Of a stretch of 64,000 bases of DNA, positions 45,904 to 55,868 are shown piece after piece. The stretch comes from Geminicoccaceae bacterium. Its GTDB lineage: Bacteria > Pseudomonadota > Alphaproteobacteria > Geminicoccales > Geminicoccaceae. The stretch covers positions 13,557 to 77,556 of the forward strand of contig JBGAKU010000002.1 of assembly GCA_044224255.1 (NCBI GenBank), read 5' to 3'. The position numbers and the translations under genes are program-made. The notes beneath the pieces were generated by a model. That model made no database searches and was not told the origin of the DNA. It saw only the letters and a program-made list of their open reading frames with translations. How positions within the stretch are numbered: the stretch's first letter is position 1; every line of letters starts with the position of its first letter.

Positions 45904-48516
45904 CTACTTGCGCACGATCCCGAGCGCGCTGCCGCTGACCAGGGTCGCGACGTCGGCGAGCACGGCCGCGAGGCCAGGGCCGCCGGGCGCCGCGAGATAG
46001 CGCGGCTCCCACACCGGGCGGAACTTCTCCTTGTATCGGCGCAGCCCCTCGAAATTGTAGAGCCGCTCGCCGTGGGTGAACAGCAGCACGCCGAGCCGGG
46101 TCCACAGCGACGCGAGCTGACGGTCTTGCAGGCCCGACAGCGGTGCCATGCCGAGGTCGAACCGGCCGTAGCCCTGCGCCTTGCCCCACAGCATGATCTG
46201 CGCGAACAGATAATCCATGACGTCGCGGACGGCCCGCCCGCGGAACCGCATCAGGTCGATCGACAGCTCGTGGCGGTCCGAGGTGACCCACAGATTGGCG
46301 AACGCGACCAGCTCGCCGCCCGCGCGGACGGTCGCCAGCGGGAACTGACGCAGATAGTCGGGATCGAACCGCCCGAGCGAGAAGCCCTTCTCCTGGGCCG
46401 ACTTGCCCTCGAGCCAGCCATCCGACACGGCCTTGAGCTCGGGCATCAGGGCGGCGACCCGTTCGGGCGGCTCGACGGCGAACACGGCACCGTCGCGCTC
46501 GGCCCGGCGCACGGACTGGCGCAGGCCCGACCGCTCGGGGCCCTCCAGGCCGAACCGCCCCAGCGGCACGAAGGCCTGCTCGCCCAACTTGAGGAAAGTC
46601 AGGCCGAGCTCGACGAGGTCCGGCAGATCGTCGGGGCCGACCTCGTAGAACACGGTCCGGCCGCCCCACACGTCGCACAGCTCGCGAAACTGCCAGAGCA
46701 GCTCCAGGCGCTCGGCGCGGAGACCGATCGGCCCGCCCATCGCCACCCAGCTGCGGCCCTGGACGCCATACATGATGAAGCTGCGCCCGCTCTCGCTGAA
46801 CAGGAAGCGCTTGTCGCCCAGGAAGGCGAGCCCGGCGCTGGACGATGCCTGCTCGGCCGTCGCCAGTGCGGCGCGCACCTCGGCCTCGGCCGCCTCACCG
46901 CCGGCGGGGTGTGCCTCGGCGGGCACGGCAAAGTGCAGGAGCTGCATCCCGCCAAGCAGGACGGCCGCGATCATCACGCCGGCGGTCGCGCGCAGGAAGC
47001 GCGGGGCGTCGGCCTCGGCCAGGAACTGCCACCAGAGGTCGTGCGTGTACTCGACGTGGCGGTAGCAGAAGAAGCCGAGCCAGGTGGTGCCGATCAGCAC
47101 GGCCAGGATCGCGACCAGCCACGGCGCCGAGAAGCGCTGCGCGACCAGCCTGCTGCGACGGTAGAAGGCGCGGTGTGAGGGCAGCAGGGCGGCGAGGACG
47201 ACGCCGAGATACAGCGCCTCTTCCCAGTCGCCGCCCTTGGCCAGCGAGAACACGATCCCCGCCGCCAGCACGATCGCGGTGGCCCACCAGGCACCGTCCA
47301 GTCGGCGCCGCAGGCCGAGCGCCAGGGCGAGCAAGGCCAGGCCGGCGAGGCTACCCAGGAAGTGCGACAGCTCGATCAGCGCCAGGGGCACGATCGGGAC
47401 GAGCCAGTCGAGCCGCGAAGCCACGGTGGGGGTGGCGCCCGAAACGAGCAGGACCACCCCGGCCACGAAGACCAGCGTGGCGAGCAGGTTCGGCAGGACC
47501 AGCGCCGCGCCCTGCCGGACCAGATCGAGCCGGCCCGCGACCGCCGCACTTCCGGCGCGTGCCTGATGGGCCGCGAACACCATGGCCGCAACCAGGAGCG
47601 GCAGAAGATAGTAGATCAGCCGATAGGCGATGAGCGCGGCCGCCACGCCGGGGGCGTGAGCGCCTTCGGGGAGTGCCACGAGCAGCACCGCCTCGAACAC
47701 GCCGAGCCCGGCCGGGACATGGCTGATCACGCCAGCGATGCTCGCGGCCGTGAACAGGCCGGCGAAGGCGAAGAAGCCGATGCCGACAGGCGGCAGCAGC
47801 AGCCACAGCGTCAGAGCCGCGAGCGACCAGTCGACGGCGGCGAGCAGCAGCTGCGCCGCCGCCATGCGCGGGCGCGGCCAGGCGAAGGACCATTCGCGCC
47901 AGGTCAGGGGACTGCGCACCCAGAGCCCGGCCAGCGCGTAGAGCCCCAGGACGGCCGCGAGCGCGATCCCCAGAGCGCGCGCCGAGACGGCCGTGAGGCC
48001 CAGCAGACCGCCGATCTCGCCGGGCGCTACGAGCCCGCCGAGCGCCAGCATCGCCGCCACGCCGACCCAAAGGGTGAGGCTGTTGAATGCGACCACGCCG
48101 GCAATCTCGGGCGCGGCCAGGCCCCAGCCGGAATAGAGGCGGTAGCGGACCGCCCCGCCAGTCAGGAGCGGCAACCCCATGGCATGGCTGAAGGCGTAAC
48201 CGATGAATCCGGCCAGCGCCCCCTGGCGGAGAGGCAGCGGACGGCCGACATGATGCAGCGCGAGCGGATCGTAGAGGGCAAGGATTGCGTAGCTGAGTGC
48301 GGCCGCAAGCAGTGCCAGCGCCAGCTTAGCGCTCGACAGGGCGCCGACCGCATTGGTGATCTCGGCGAAGCTGTACGCTTCGAGCTCGTGATGGATCGCC
48401 CAGGCGGCACCAACAAACAGGGCGAGCGTGATCGATGGTACGACGAAGCTCTGCCAAGTCCGCTCGGATGCCGGTGCGGGCTCCTGCCCCGGCACCGCTT
48501 CCTTGTTCGCCGCCAT
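45904..48516 (-). CDS. mprF: Bifunctional lysyl-phosphatidylglycerol flippase/synthase MprF (LpiA)
   Basis: Multi-TM N-terminal part (GGAVRYRLY, HVPAGLGVFE, YRLIYYLLP, ELSHFLGS); synthase domain GDKRFLFS, KLGEQA, EKGFSLG, DLMR, LGMAPLSG, YNFEGLRRYKEKF. Start uncertain. Confidence 0.95.
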   Translation of the reverse strand: MAANKEAVPGQEPAPASERTWQSFVVPSITLALFVGAAWAIHHELEAYSFAEITNAVGALSSAKLALALLAAALSYAILALYDPLALHHVGRPLPLRQGALAGFIGYAFSHAMGLPLLTGGAVRYRLYSGWGLAAPEIAGVVAFNSLTLWVGVAAMLALGGLVAPGEIGGLLGLTAVSARALGIALAAVLGLYALAGLWVRSPLTWREWSFAWPRPRMAAAQLLLAAVDWSLAALTLWLLLPPVGIGFFAFAGLFTAASIAGVISHVPAGLGVFEAVLLVALPEGAHAPGVAAALIAYRLIYYLLPLLVAAMVFAAHQARAGSAAVAGRLDLVRQGAALVLPNLLATLVFVAGVVLLVSGATPTVASRLDWLVPIVPLALIELSHFLGSLAGLALLALALGLRRRLDGAWWATAIVLAAGIVFSLAKGGDWEEALYLGVVLAALLPSHRAFYRRSRLVAQRFSAPWLVAILAVLIGTTWLGFFCYRHVEYTHDLWWQFLAEADAPRFLRATAGVMIAAVLLGGMQLLHFAVPAEAHPAGGEAAEAEVRAALATAEQASSSAGLAFLGDKRFLFSESGRSFIMYGVQGRSWVAMGGPIGLRAERLELLWQFRELCDVWGGRTVFYEVGPDDLPDLVELGLTFLKLGEQAFVPLGRFGLEGPERSGLRQSVRRAERDGAVFAVEPPERVAALMPELKAVSDGWLEGKSAQEKGFSLGRFDPDYLRQFPLATVRAGGELVAFANLWVTSDRHELSIDLMRFRGRAVRDVMDYLFAQIMLWGKAQGYGRFDLGMAPLSGLQDRQLASLWTRLGVLLFTHGERLYNFEGLRRYKEKFRPVWEPRYLAAPGGPGLAAVLADVATLVSGSALGIVRK

Positions 48517-48541
48517 CCGGGACTTCCGGTGCAATCTCGAC

Positions 48542-49882
48542 ATGATGATCTTCCGACCGGTCATGGCGTTCCTGCTCGCCGGCCTGCTCACGGGGGCGGC
48601 CGTGGCGCAGGCCGCCGATGCGCCGATCGACGGGCTCACGCTCGGACGGTTGGACGTGCACAGGCCAGTTGGCGAGCCGCGGGGGCTCGTCTTCCTGTTC
48701 TCCGACCTTGATGGCCCGGATGCGGAGACCGGGCTTGCCGTCGACCGCCTGGTCGATCTGGGCCTGATCGTGGCACCGGTTGCGCTGAGCCCGTTCCTCG
48801 AGCGCCAAGATGCCCTCGGGCGCGAGTGCCTCTATCTGGTCAGCGACATCGAGGAGGCGAGCCGGCGCATCCAGGCCGTCGGCGGCCGCGACCGCTATCT
48901 CACGCCGATCGTCGCCGGCACCGGCATGGGGGCGGCCGTGGCCTATGCCGCCCTGGCGCAGGCGCCGGACGCCACGCTCGCCGGTGCTGCGAGCGACGGC
49001 TTCACCACTCGGATCGAGACGCGCGCCCCTTTGTGCGCAGGCGCCCCGGTGGCCGCCGATCCGGATGGGGGCTTTCGCTACGGGCCGCATCCCCTGCCGG
49101 GCTGGTGGCGGGTCAGCCCCTTGCCGGACGACGCGGCGGCCGCCCAGCAGTTCGCGGCGGCCGCCGGCGTGGTGGATGCGCTCGTGCCAGCACCGGAAGG
49201 AGACGTCGCAAACCGCTTCGAGGCGCTGCTCGAGCCTGCCGTCGCGGCGGCCGCCGCGGAGCCACTGGCCGGCCTCCCGCTGGTCGAGCTGCCTCCCACG
49301 GCACCTGGCGACGTCATGGCGATCGTCTATTCAGGCGACGGCGGCTGGCGCGACATCGACAAGGACATTGCCGGCCGCCTGCAGGAGCTTGGGGTGCCAG
49401 TCGTCGGAGTCGACAGTCTGCGCTACTTCTGGTCGGAGAGAACGCCGGACGCGGCCGCCGCGGATCTCGGCCAGATCATCGCCCACTATCGGCAGGCCTG
49501 GAGCCGCGGCAAGGTGATCCTGATCGGCTACTCCTTCGGTGCCGATGTCCTGCCCTTCCTGGTCAACCGGCTGCCAGAGGACGAGCGTGCGGCGCTCGCC
49601 CGGATCTCCCTCCTAGGCCTGTCGCGAACCGCCGATTTCGAGATCCATGTGACCGGCTGGCTCGGGGTCGATGCCCATACGGGCTCGGTGCCGACTACGC
49701 CCGAGCTCGCGCGCATGCCGACCGGCATCGCGCAGTGCTTTTATGGCGTCGAGGAGACGGACACCGCCTGCACGCTTCCGGAGATGAAGGACGCGCAGAT
49801 CATCGAGACCCCCGGCGGCCACCATTTCGACGGCGACTATGGCAAGCTCGCGGACGCGATCGCGCGCGGCTTCATCTCTTGA
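48542..49882 (+). CDS. acvB: AcvB/VirJ family lysyl-phosphatidylglycerol hydrolase
   Basis: Signal peptide; YSGDGGWRDID, GVDSLRYFW, GYSFGAD, GGHHFDGDY; degenerate N-terminal duplicate domain. Confidence 0.92.
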   Translation: MMIFRPVMAFLLAGLLTGAAVAQAADAPIDGLTLGRLDVHRPVGEPRGLVFLFSDLDGPDAETGLAVDRLVDLGLIVAPVALSPFLERQDALGRECLYLVSDIEEASRRIQAVGGRDRYLTPIVAGTGMGAAVAYAALAQAPDATLAGAASDGFTTRIETRAPLCAGAPVAADPDGGFRYGPHPLPGWWRVSPLPDDAAAAQQFAAAAGVVDALVPAPEGDVANRFEALLEPAVAAAAAEPLAGLPLVELPPTAPGDVMAIVYSGDGGWRDIDKDIAGRLQELGVPVVGVDSLRYFWSERTPDAAAADLGQIIAHYRQAWSRGKVILIGYSFGADVLPFLVNRLPEDERAALARISLLGLSRTADFEIHVTGWLGVDAHTGSVPTTPELARMPTGIAQCFYGVEETDTACTLPEMKDAQIIETPGGHHFDGDYGKLADAIARGFIS

Positions 49883-50174
49883 GCCCGCGCCCGATCTCGG
49901 GCCATGCCCGATCTGCGGCCGACCGATGATCGAAGGGCCGAGCGTCGATCGGCACCATTTCCTGCCGCGAACCGAAGGCGGCCGTGCCGCCGCGCCGGTC
50001 CATCGCATCTGCCACCGCAAGCTGCACACGCTCTGGACCGAGCGCGAGCTGGCTCGGCTCTACAGCACGCCCGAGGCGATCCGCGGACACCCCGAGATCC
50101 AGCGGTTCGTCCGCTGGCTGCGCGGCAAGCCGCCGGAGTTCTGGGCGCCGACGCGTACGCAAAGGCGTCGCTGA
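49839..50174 (+). CDS. Small HNH-endonuclease-like protein (YisB-like); start uncertain
   Basis: CPICGR..DRHHFLP..GG..HRICHRKLH..ERELAR..FVRWLRGKP. Confidence 0.8.
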   Translation: MASSRTRSRAASSLEPAPDLGPCPICGRPMIEGPSVDRHHFLPRTEGGRAAAPVHRICHRKLHTLWTERELARLYSTPEAIRGHPEIQRFVRWLRGKPPEFWAPTRTQRRR

Positions 50175-50217
50175 GCGGCGGCAGGCGCCAGCCGCTCAGC
50201 GCGACCTCGGGCGGCGC

Positions 50218-51639
50218 TCAGGGCGTGCCTGCCACCTGCTTGGCGAAGACCTCGAACTCGTCGTCGGTGGCGAGGGCGTCCGCCGTCCAGACGACGAGAT
50301 AGCGCCCGGACCGGGCATTGTAGACGACCCCGGGCGGGAAGCCATCGGCGTCGCGGGCGGCGTCGCCCTCCGTGCCGGTGTACGAGACACGGAAGTTTCC
50401 GCCACGCCGGCTACCGTTGGCGGCTAGACGCTGGGCGAACACCTCGTTGTCGTCGTCCACAGCCAGCCCATCGGCAAGCCAAGTGATCAGGAACTCCTTG
50501 CTCTTCGGATCGTAGGCCGCGTTGGCCTGCCGCGCCTGCCGGGTCGGATCGCCGATGGGGCCGGTTTCCGAGATGGGCACCGCGCGGCCGAGCAAGGTGC
50601 CGTTCGCATTGATCCGCTGTGCGAAGATCTCGTAGTCGTCATCGGTCGCCAGCGCATCGGCCGACCAGATCACCAGATACTTTCCGTTGTCGCTGTTCAC
50701 GGTCACGCTGGGTGGGAAGGCGTCGCGATTCGGATCGCCGTCGGTGCCGGTTGTCGAGACGCGGAAATTGGTACCGAGGAGCGTGCCCTGGGTGCTCAGG
50801 CGCTGAGCGAAGATCTCGTTCTCATCATCGTTCAGGTGATCACTGACCCAGGTCACCAGATATTCGTTCGTGCGCGGGTTGTAGACCACGCCCGCCTGAC
50901 GCGCCGAGCGGGCGGCGTCGGCCTCGGGACCAGTGACGGAGACGCGCACGGCCGGCCCCAGCAGTGCCCCACGTGGGCCGACGCGCTGGGCGAAGATCTC
51001 GAAATCCTCGTCGACGGCGAGCGGATCGGCCGACCATACGACCAGATACTCCCCGCTCTTGGCGTTGCTCGCCACACTCGGCGGGAACGCGTCGCGGCTC
51101 GCGTCCCCATCGACGCCGGTCGTCGAGATCCGGAAGTTCCCGCCTACCAGCGCGCCGGTTGCCGAAACCCGTTGCGCGAACACCTCGAACTCCTCGTCGG
51201 TCGCCAGCGCGTCGGCACGCCAGGTGACGAGATATTCGCGGGTCCGATCGTTGTACGCGACCGCGGGGCTGAAGGTGCCGCGAGTCGCCTCGTCCTCGGC
51301 GCCGGTGACGGAGATGCGGATCGGCTCGCCGCGCAGGGAGCCCGTCGGCCCCACGCGCTGCGCGAAGATCTCGGTATCGTTGTCGGTCGCCAGGCCGTCG
51401 GCGGACCAGGCGACCAGATACTCGCCGCGATGCGGATTGTAGGCCACATAGGGATCGACCGTGTCGCGATTGGCGTCACCGATCTCGCCGGTGGTCGAGA
51501 TCTGGATCGTCCGCTCGATGGTGCGGGCTTGGGCCTCGAGAGCGGGCCAGCCGAAGGCCCATACCGTGGCGAGCGCCGTCGCGCAGAGCATAGTTGCTGG
51601 CCGCCCGCCCCATGCAGGGGCGCGTCCCTTCGCAAGCAT
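50218..51639 (-). CDS. Secreted protein of seven tandem ~62-aa repeats (probable beta-propeller)
   Basis: Signal peptide ending AQA; 7 copies of (I/V)S.TG..GD..R...P.V.YN....EYLV.W.AD.LA.D...E(I/V)FAQR....G. Confidence 0.85.
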   Translation of the reverse strand: MLAKGRAPAWGGRPATMLCATALATVWAFGWPALEAQARTIERTIQISTTGEIGDANRDTVDPYVAYNPHRGEYLVAWSADGLATDNDTEIFAQRVGPTGSLRGEPIRISVTGAEDEATRGTFSPAVAYNDRTREYLVTWRADALATDEEFEVFAQRVSATGALVGGNFRISTTGVDGDASRDAFPPSVASNAKSGEYLVVWSADPLAVDEDFEIFAQRVGPRGALLGPAVRVSVTGPEADAARSARQAGVVYNPRTNEYLVTWVSDHLNDDENEIFAQRLSTQGTLLGTNFRVSTTGTDGDPNRDAFPPSVTVNSDNGKYLVIWSADALATDDDYEIFAQRINANGTLLGRAVPISETGPIGDPTRQARQANAAYDPKSKEFLITWLADGLAVDDDNEVFAQRLAANGSRRGGNFRVSYTGTEGDAARDADGFPPGVVYNARSGRYLVVWTADALATDDEFEVFAKQVAGTP

Positions 51640-51793
51640 CGTTCCTCGCAGAGTGGCTGAGCTGTCGGCAAATCGAAGCCGCACCTAGCAGGCGGTCTCC
51701 AGGCCAGCCACTACTTCTCAACCATATGAGAGTAATTCCAGATATACTGATCCAGGCAAGAGTTGGATTCGCTCCAATCTTTTCTCGTGTATT

Positions 51794-52543
51794 CTACAGG
51801 GTCACGCTCATCCCGCCGTCGACCGTGAGCACGTGGCCGTTGACGTAGGAGCCGGCGTCCGAGGCGAGGAACACGACCGCGCCGCCCAGCTCCTTGGGCT
51901 CTGCCCAGCGGCCCAGCGGCGTGCGCTTGCAGACCCAGGCGGAGAAGGCCTCGTCGTTGACCAGGGCGGTGTTCAGCTCGGTCGCGAAGTAGCCTGGTGC
52001 CAGCGCGTTCACCGTGATCCCGTGCGGCCCGAGCTCGGCCGCGAGCGAGCGGGTGATCCCGTGCAGCCCGGCCTTGGCGGCGATGTAGCCGTGGATCGTC
52101 GGTCGGCCGAGGAGCGCGCCGACCGAGCCGGTCGAGATGATCCGGCCCGAGCGGCGGGGCAGCATCAGACGCGCCGCCTCGCGGGCAAGGCGGAAGCAGG
52201 CGGTCAGGTTGATCGCCACCACCCGCTCGAAATCCGCGTCGGTCCATTCGGTGACCGGCACGCGGTGCTGCACGCCGGCATTGTTGACCAGGATGTCGAG
52301 CCGGCCGTGCCGGGCCTCGATCTCCGCCATCGCCGCCAGCGTGGCCGACCCGTCATTGACGTCGAACGCCAAGGGCTCGCCGCCGATCCGATTGGCCGCC
52401 GCCGCCACCGCTGCCCCATCCCGAGCGTTGACGATGACATGGGCGCCGTGGGCGGCGAGCGCCTCGGCCATGGCGAAGCCGAGGCCGCGCGAGGCCCCGG
52501 TCACCAGCGCGACGCGGCCGTCGAGCCGGAACAGGTCGGACAT
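51794..52543 (-). CDS. SDR, gluconate 5-dehydrogenase-like
   Basis: LFRLDGRVALVTGASRGLG, NNAGVQHR, YIAAK, APGYFATELN, RTPLGRW, YVNGHVLTVDGG. Confidence 0.88.
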   Translation of the reverse strand: MSDLFRLDGRVALVTGASRGLGFAMAEALAAHGAHVIVNARDGAAVAAAANRIGGEPLAFDVNDGSATLAAMAEIEARHGRLDILVNNAGVQHRVPVTEWTDADFERVVAINLTACFRLAREAARLMLPRRSGRIISTGSVGALLGRPTIHGYIAAKAGLHGITRSLAAELGPHGITVNALAPGYFATELNTALVNDEAFSAWVCKRTPLGRWAEPKELGGAVVFLASDAGSYVNGHVLTVDGGMSVTL

Positions 52544-52605
52544 GCTTTGACTCCCGTCCCCGGCCGCGCGACACCCCCCTCGGTCGCAGCGGAGGACGAG
52601 CCACG

Positions 52606-53397
52606 GTGCAGCGTAACCGGACGATGATCAAGGCGGCCGGCCGCACTCTGGCCCTGCAGCATCTGCAACCAGACGGAGCCGCCGCCGGCCCGACGCTCGT
52701 GTTCCTGCACGAGGGCCTGGGCTCGATCGCGCTGTGGCGGGACTTCCCGACCCGCCTGTGCGAGCGGCTCGGTCTCCCGGGCCTGGTCTACGATCGCTGG
52801 GGCCATGGCCAGTCCGAGCCGCTCGACCGGCTGCGCGGCCTCCGCTACCTGCACGAGGAGGCCGAGAGCTTCCTGCCCGAGGTACTGGCCGCGGCGGGCG
52901 TGGATCGCCCGGTGCTGATCGGCCACAGCGACGGCGGGACGATAGCGCTGCTCTACGCCGCACGCTTTCCCGAGCGCCCGCCCGCTGTCGTGACCGAGGC
53001 CGCGCACGTCTTCGTCGAGGACATCACCGTGGCCGGCATCCGGGCGGCTGGGCGCGCCTACGCCGAGACTGACCTCGCGATACGGCTGGCGCGCTACCAC
53101 GGCGACCGGACCGAATCGCTGTTTCGCGCCTGGCACGATCGCTGGCTGTCGCCGGATTTCCGGGCATGGAACATCGAGGCCGGGCTCGCCACCGTGGCCT
53201 GCCCCGTGCTCGTGCTCCAGGGGGAGGCCGATCAGTACGGCACCCGAGCGCAGGTCGACGCCATCGCACAGGCCGTCTCGGGGCCGGCCGAGACCGCGCT
53301 GCTGCCGGGCATCGGCCACACGCCGCACCAGGAGGCGGGTGACCAGGTCCTCGCGCTGATCGCGAGCTTCCTCGGCCGACACCTCGGCCCGGCCTAG
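52606..53397 (+). CDS. Alpha/beta hydrolase
   Basis: FLHEGLGS, GHSDGG nucleophile elbow, QGEADQYG, GHTPH. Confidence 0.9.
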   Translation: MQRNRTMIKAAGRTLALQHLQPDGAAAGPTLVFLHEGLGSIALWRDFPTRLCERLGLPGLVYDRWGHGQSEPLDRLRGLRYLHEEAESFLPEVLAAAGVDRPVLIGHSDGGTIALLYAARFPERPPAVVTEAAHVFVEDITVAGIRAAGRAYAETDLAIRLARYHGDRTESLFRAWHDRWLSPDFRAWNIEAGLATVACPVLVLQGEADQYGTRAQVDAIAQAVSGPAETALLPGIGHTPHQEAGDQVLALIASFLGRHLGPA

Positions 53398-53984
53398 AGC
53401 CGCGCGGCGAGCGCCTCCACCCGACCCAGGAAGCGCGCCCGGCTCTCGGGCATCGAGCTGTCCATCCGGTAGTGCCCGAGCCAGAAGGTGCGGCACCGCG
53501 GATGGCACAAGGGCTTGACCCCGCGCAGCACGATGCGCCGGCCGGGATCGCCGATGACGAAGCGCACCCACCACCAGGGCGAGCCGTAGGTGGAGAAGGC
53601 GCCGACCAGCCGGATATTGTGCAGCCGGCCCTTGATCGGTGCCAGGCCCTCGGGCAGCTCGAAGGTGGCGTGCGGCACCCAGACCCGGTCGATCCAGCCT
53701 TTGAGCATCGCCGGCATGCTGTACCACCAGGTCGGGTAGACGAAGACCAGCCCCTCCGCCCAGCGCAGATGGCCGAGATGCTCGGTGACCGGCTGCTCGT
53801 TCTCGCCCGGCGTGTGGTAGCTGAGCCGATCCTCGGCGCTCATGACCGGATCGAAGCCGATCGCGTAGAGGTCGAGCACGCGCACCTCGTGGCCCGCGCG
53901 CTTTAGACCCCGGACCGCGCTGCGCTGGACCGCATGGGCGAAGCTCTCGCGCACCGGATGGGACAAGACCAGGAGCACCCGCAT
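53394..53984 (-). CDS. NAD(P)H-dependent oxidoreductase, flavodoxin-like fold (copy 2)
   Basis: MRVLLVLSHPVRESF, DLYAIGFDPV, YPTWWYSMPAMLKGWIDRV, STYGS; TGATG coupling to copy 1. Confidence 0.9.
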   Translation of the reverse strand: MRVLLVLSHPVRESFAHAVQRSAVRGLKRAGHEVRVLDLYAIGFDPVMSAEDRLSYHTPGENEQPVTEHLGHLRWAEGLVFVYPTWWYSMPAMLKGWIDRVWVPHATFELPEGLAPIKGRLHNIRLVGAFSTYGSPWWWVRFVIGDPGRRIVLRGVKPLCHPRCRTFWLGHYRMDSSMPESRARFLGRVEALAARL

Positions 53985-54568
53985 CAGAACCGCTCCATCG
54001 CCCCCTGGACGTTCTCGAGAAAGCGGCGGCGCTTCTGCTCGGTGGTCGTGTTCATGTTGTAGAGCGCAAGATAGCGGACGGATGCGGACGGCTTGATGAA
54101 CCAGCGCAGATAGCGCGTGATCAGCTTGCGCGGCGGATCGCCCATGGACCAGGCGACGTAGCGCGAGCGGCCATAGGTCGACACACCCGCGATCTGCCGC
54201 ACGTTCTGCAGCAGCGGCCGCACACGCGCCGGGTCGCTGAGGTCGAACGCGACGCCCGGCAGAATCAGCCGATCGAAGAATCCCTTCAGCATGGCCGGTG
54301 GGCCGAAGCACCAGGTCGGGAACTGCACGACCAGCGCCTCAGCGCGCCGCAGTCGGTCGATGTAACTCTCCAGGCCGCGCTGGTTGCACTCGAGATCGTG
54401 GTAGCTGCGCCGTTCGCCAGCACCGAGCACGGGATCGAAACGCTCGACATAGAGATCGCACAGATCGACCGAATGCCCGGCCTTGGCGAGCCCGGCCAGG
54501 GCTACCGCCCGCAGCGCCCCGTGATAGCTCTCTGGGACGGGATGGCAGTAGAGGTAGAGCACGCGCAT
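53984..54568 (-). CDS. NAD(P)H-dependent oxidoreductase, flavodoxin-like fold (copy 1)
   Basis: MRVLYLYCHPVPESY, DLYVERFDPVL, FPTWCFGPPAMLKGFFDR, STYGR. Confidence 0.9.
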   Translation of the reverse strand: MRVLYLYCHPVPESYHGALRAVALAGLAKAGHSVDLCDLYVERFDPVLGAGERRSYHDLECNQRGLESYIDRLRRAEALVVQFPTWCFGPPAMLKGFFDRLILPGVAFDLSDPARVRPLLQNVRQIAGVSTYGRSRYVAWSMGDPPRKLITRYLRWFIKPSASVRYLALYNMNTTTEQKRRRFLENVQGAMERF

Positions 54569-54571
54569 CGG

Positions 54572-54958
54572 TCAGGCGGCGGCGATGGCTTCGATCTCGA
54601 CCTTGCAGGCGGGCAGGACCAGCGCCTTGACGATGATCAGCGTCGAGGCGGGGGCCGGGTCGGCGACCCAGGCGTCGCGCACGCGCATGTAGCCGTGGCG
54701 GTACTCGGCCTCGGTCAGGAATACCGTCAGCCGCACGACGTGTTGGCGGGCAAATCCGCCCGCGGTGAGGCAGGCCTCGATGTTGGCGAAGGCCTGCTCG
54801 GTTTGGTGCTCCACGCTCTCGGGTACCGAGCCATCGGGCCGCATGCCCAGCTGGCCGGAGACGAACAGCAGGCGCTCGGCCCCTGCCGTCCCCACGGCGT
54901 GATGGTAGCGGCCGAACGGCGGGCGTACCTCTGGAGGTGAAAGGTGCCGGACCTGCAT
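54572..54958 (-). CDS. RidA/YjgF family protein
   Basis: PFGRYHHAV, LFVSGQLG, PASTLIIV..L..KVEIEAIA. Confidence 0.9.
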   Translation of the reverse strand: MQVRHLSPPEVRPPFGRYHHAVGTAGAERLLFVSGQLGMRPDGSVPESVEHQTEQAFANIEACLTAGGFARQHVVRLTVFLTEAEYRHGYMRVRDAWVADPAPASTLIIVKALVLPACKVEIEAIAAA

Positions 54959-55044
54959 CGCGCTCGCCTCGCTCGTCTTGCTCGTTCCCGCACCTCATGC
55001 CATGTCCGCTACCACCAGGGAACGTCCGGTGGAGGGGAACGGGG

Positions 55045-55854
55045 ATGCTGCGGCTGCCGGGCTGGTGGCACGAGCTCGCGAGCCCCGAGTTCCGCGCCCT
55101 TGACACCGAGGCGACGGTCGCCCTTCTGCCGGTCGGCGCCATCGAGCAGCACGGGCCGCACCTGCCGGTCGCCGTCGACACCTGCCTCGTGGACGCGGTC
55201 GCGCGTCGGGCCCTGGAGCTGCTGCCCCTGGGCACGCCCGTGCTGGTCCTGCCGACCACCGCCGTCGGCAAGAGCAACGAGCATGTCGACTTTCCCGGCA
55301 CGCTCACGCTCTCGGCCGAGACCCTCGGGCGGGTCTGGTACGAGATGGGCGCCTCGGTGCGGCGGACAGGGCTGCGTAAGATCCTGCTGTTCAACGGCCA
55401 TGGCGGCCAGCCGCAGGTGATGCAGATCGTGGCGCGCGAGCTGCGCATCGACCACGACATGCTCGCCGTCGCCGCCAACTGGTTCTCCTGGGGCCTGCCC
55501 GACGGGCTGTTCGCGCCGGCCGAGATCCGCCACGGCATCCATGCCGGTGCTGTCGAGACATCGATGATGCTCGCCGTGCGTCCCGATCTCGTCGACATGG
55601 CGGCCGCTGCCGACTTCGTGCCGGTGACCGTCGCCGACGATCTCGACTATCCGCGGCTGCGAGCGCTCGGCGCGGCGGGGCTCGGCTGGCAGACCCAGGA
55701 CCTGCACGGCTCGGGCGCCTGCGGTGACGCCACGATAGCCACGGCGGAGGCCGGCCGTGCGGTGATCGAGCATGCTGCCGGGCGCCTGGCCGAACTCCTG
55801 CAGGAGCTTGTCCGCTTTCCACTACAGCGATTGCGCGAGCGTCCCGGCGCGTGA
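55045..55854 (+). CDS. Creatininase / mycofactocin MftE-like amidohydrolase
   Basis: LPVGAIEQHGPHLPVAVD, SNEHVDFPGT, NGHGG, HAGAVETS, GACGDA. Confidence 0.9.
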   Translation: MLRLPGWWHELASPEFRALDTEATVALLPVGAIEQHGPHLPVAVDTCLVDAVARRALELLPLGTPVLVLPTTAVGKSNEHVDFPGTLTLSAETLGRVWYEMGASVRRTGLRKILLFNGHGGQPQVMQIVARELRIDHDMLAVAANWFSWGLPDGLFAPAEIRHGIHAGAVETSMMLAVRPDLVDMAAAADFVPVTVADDLDYPRLRALGAAGLGWQTQDLHGSGACGDATIATAEAGRAVIEHAAGRLAELLQELVRFPLQRLRERPGA

Positions 55855-55868
55855 GGGGGAGAACGATC

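Noticed and set aside
49839-50174. HNH gene as homing endonuclease or mobile element
   Set aside because: Small stand-alone YisB-like type with host-like composition; no intron, terminal repeats or transposase.
50218-51520. Periodic DNA repeats as a possible CRISPR array
   Set aside because: Period about 186 nt, degenerate and in-frame protein repeats; no identical direct repeats, spacers or cas genes.
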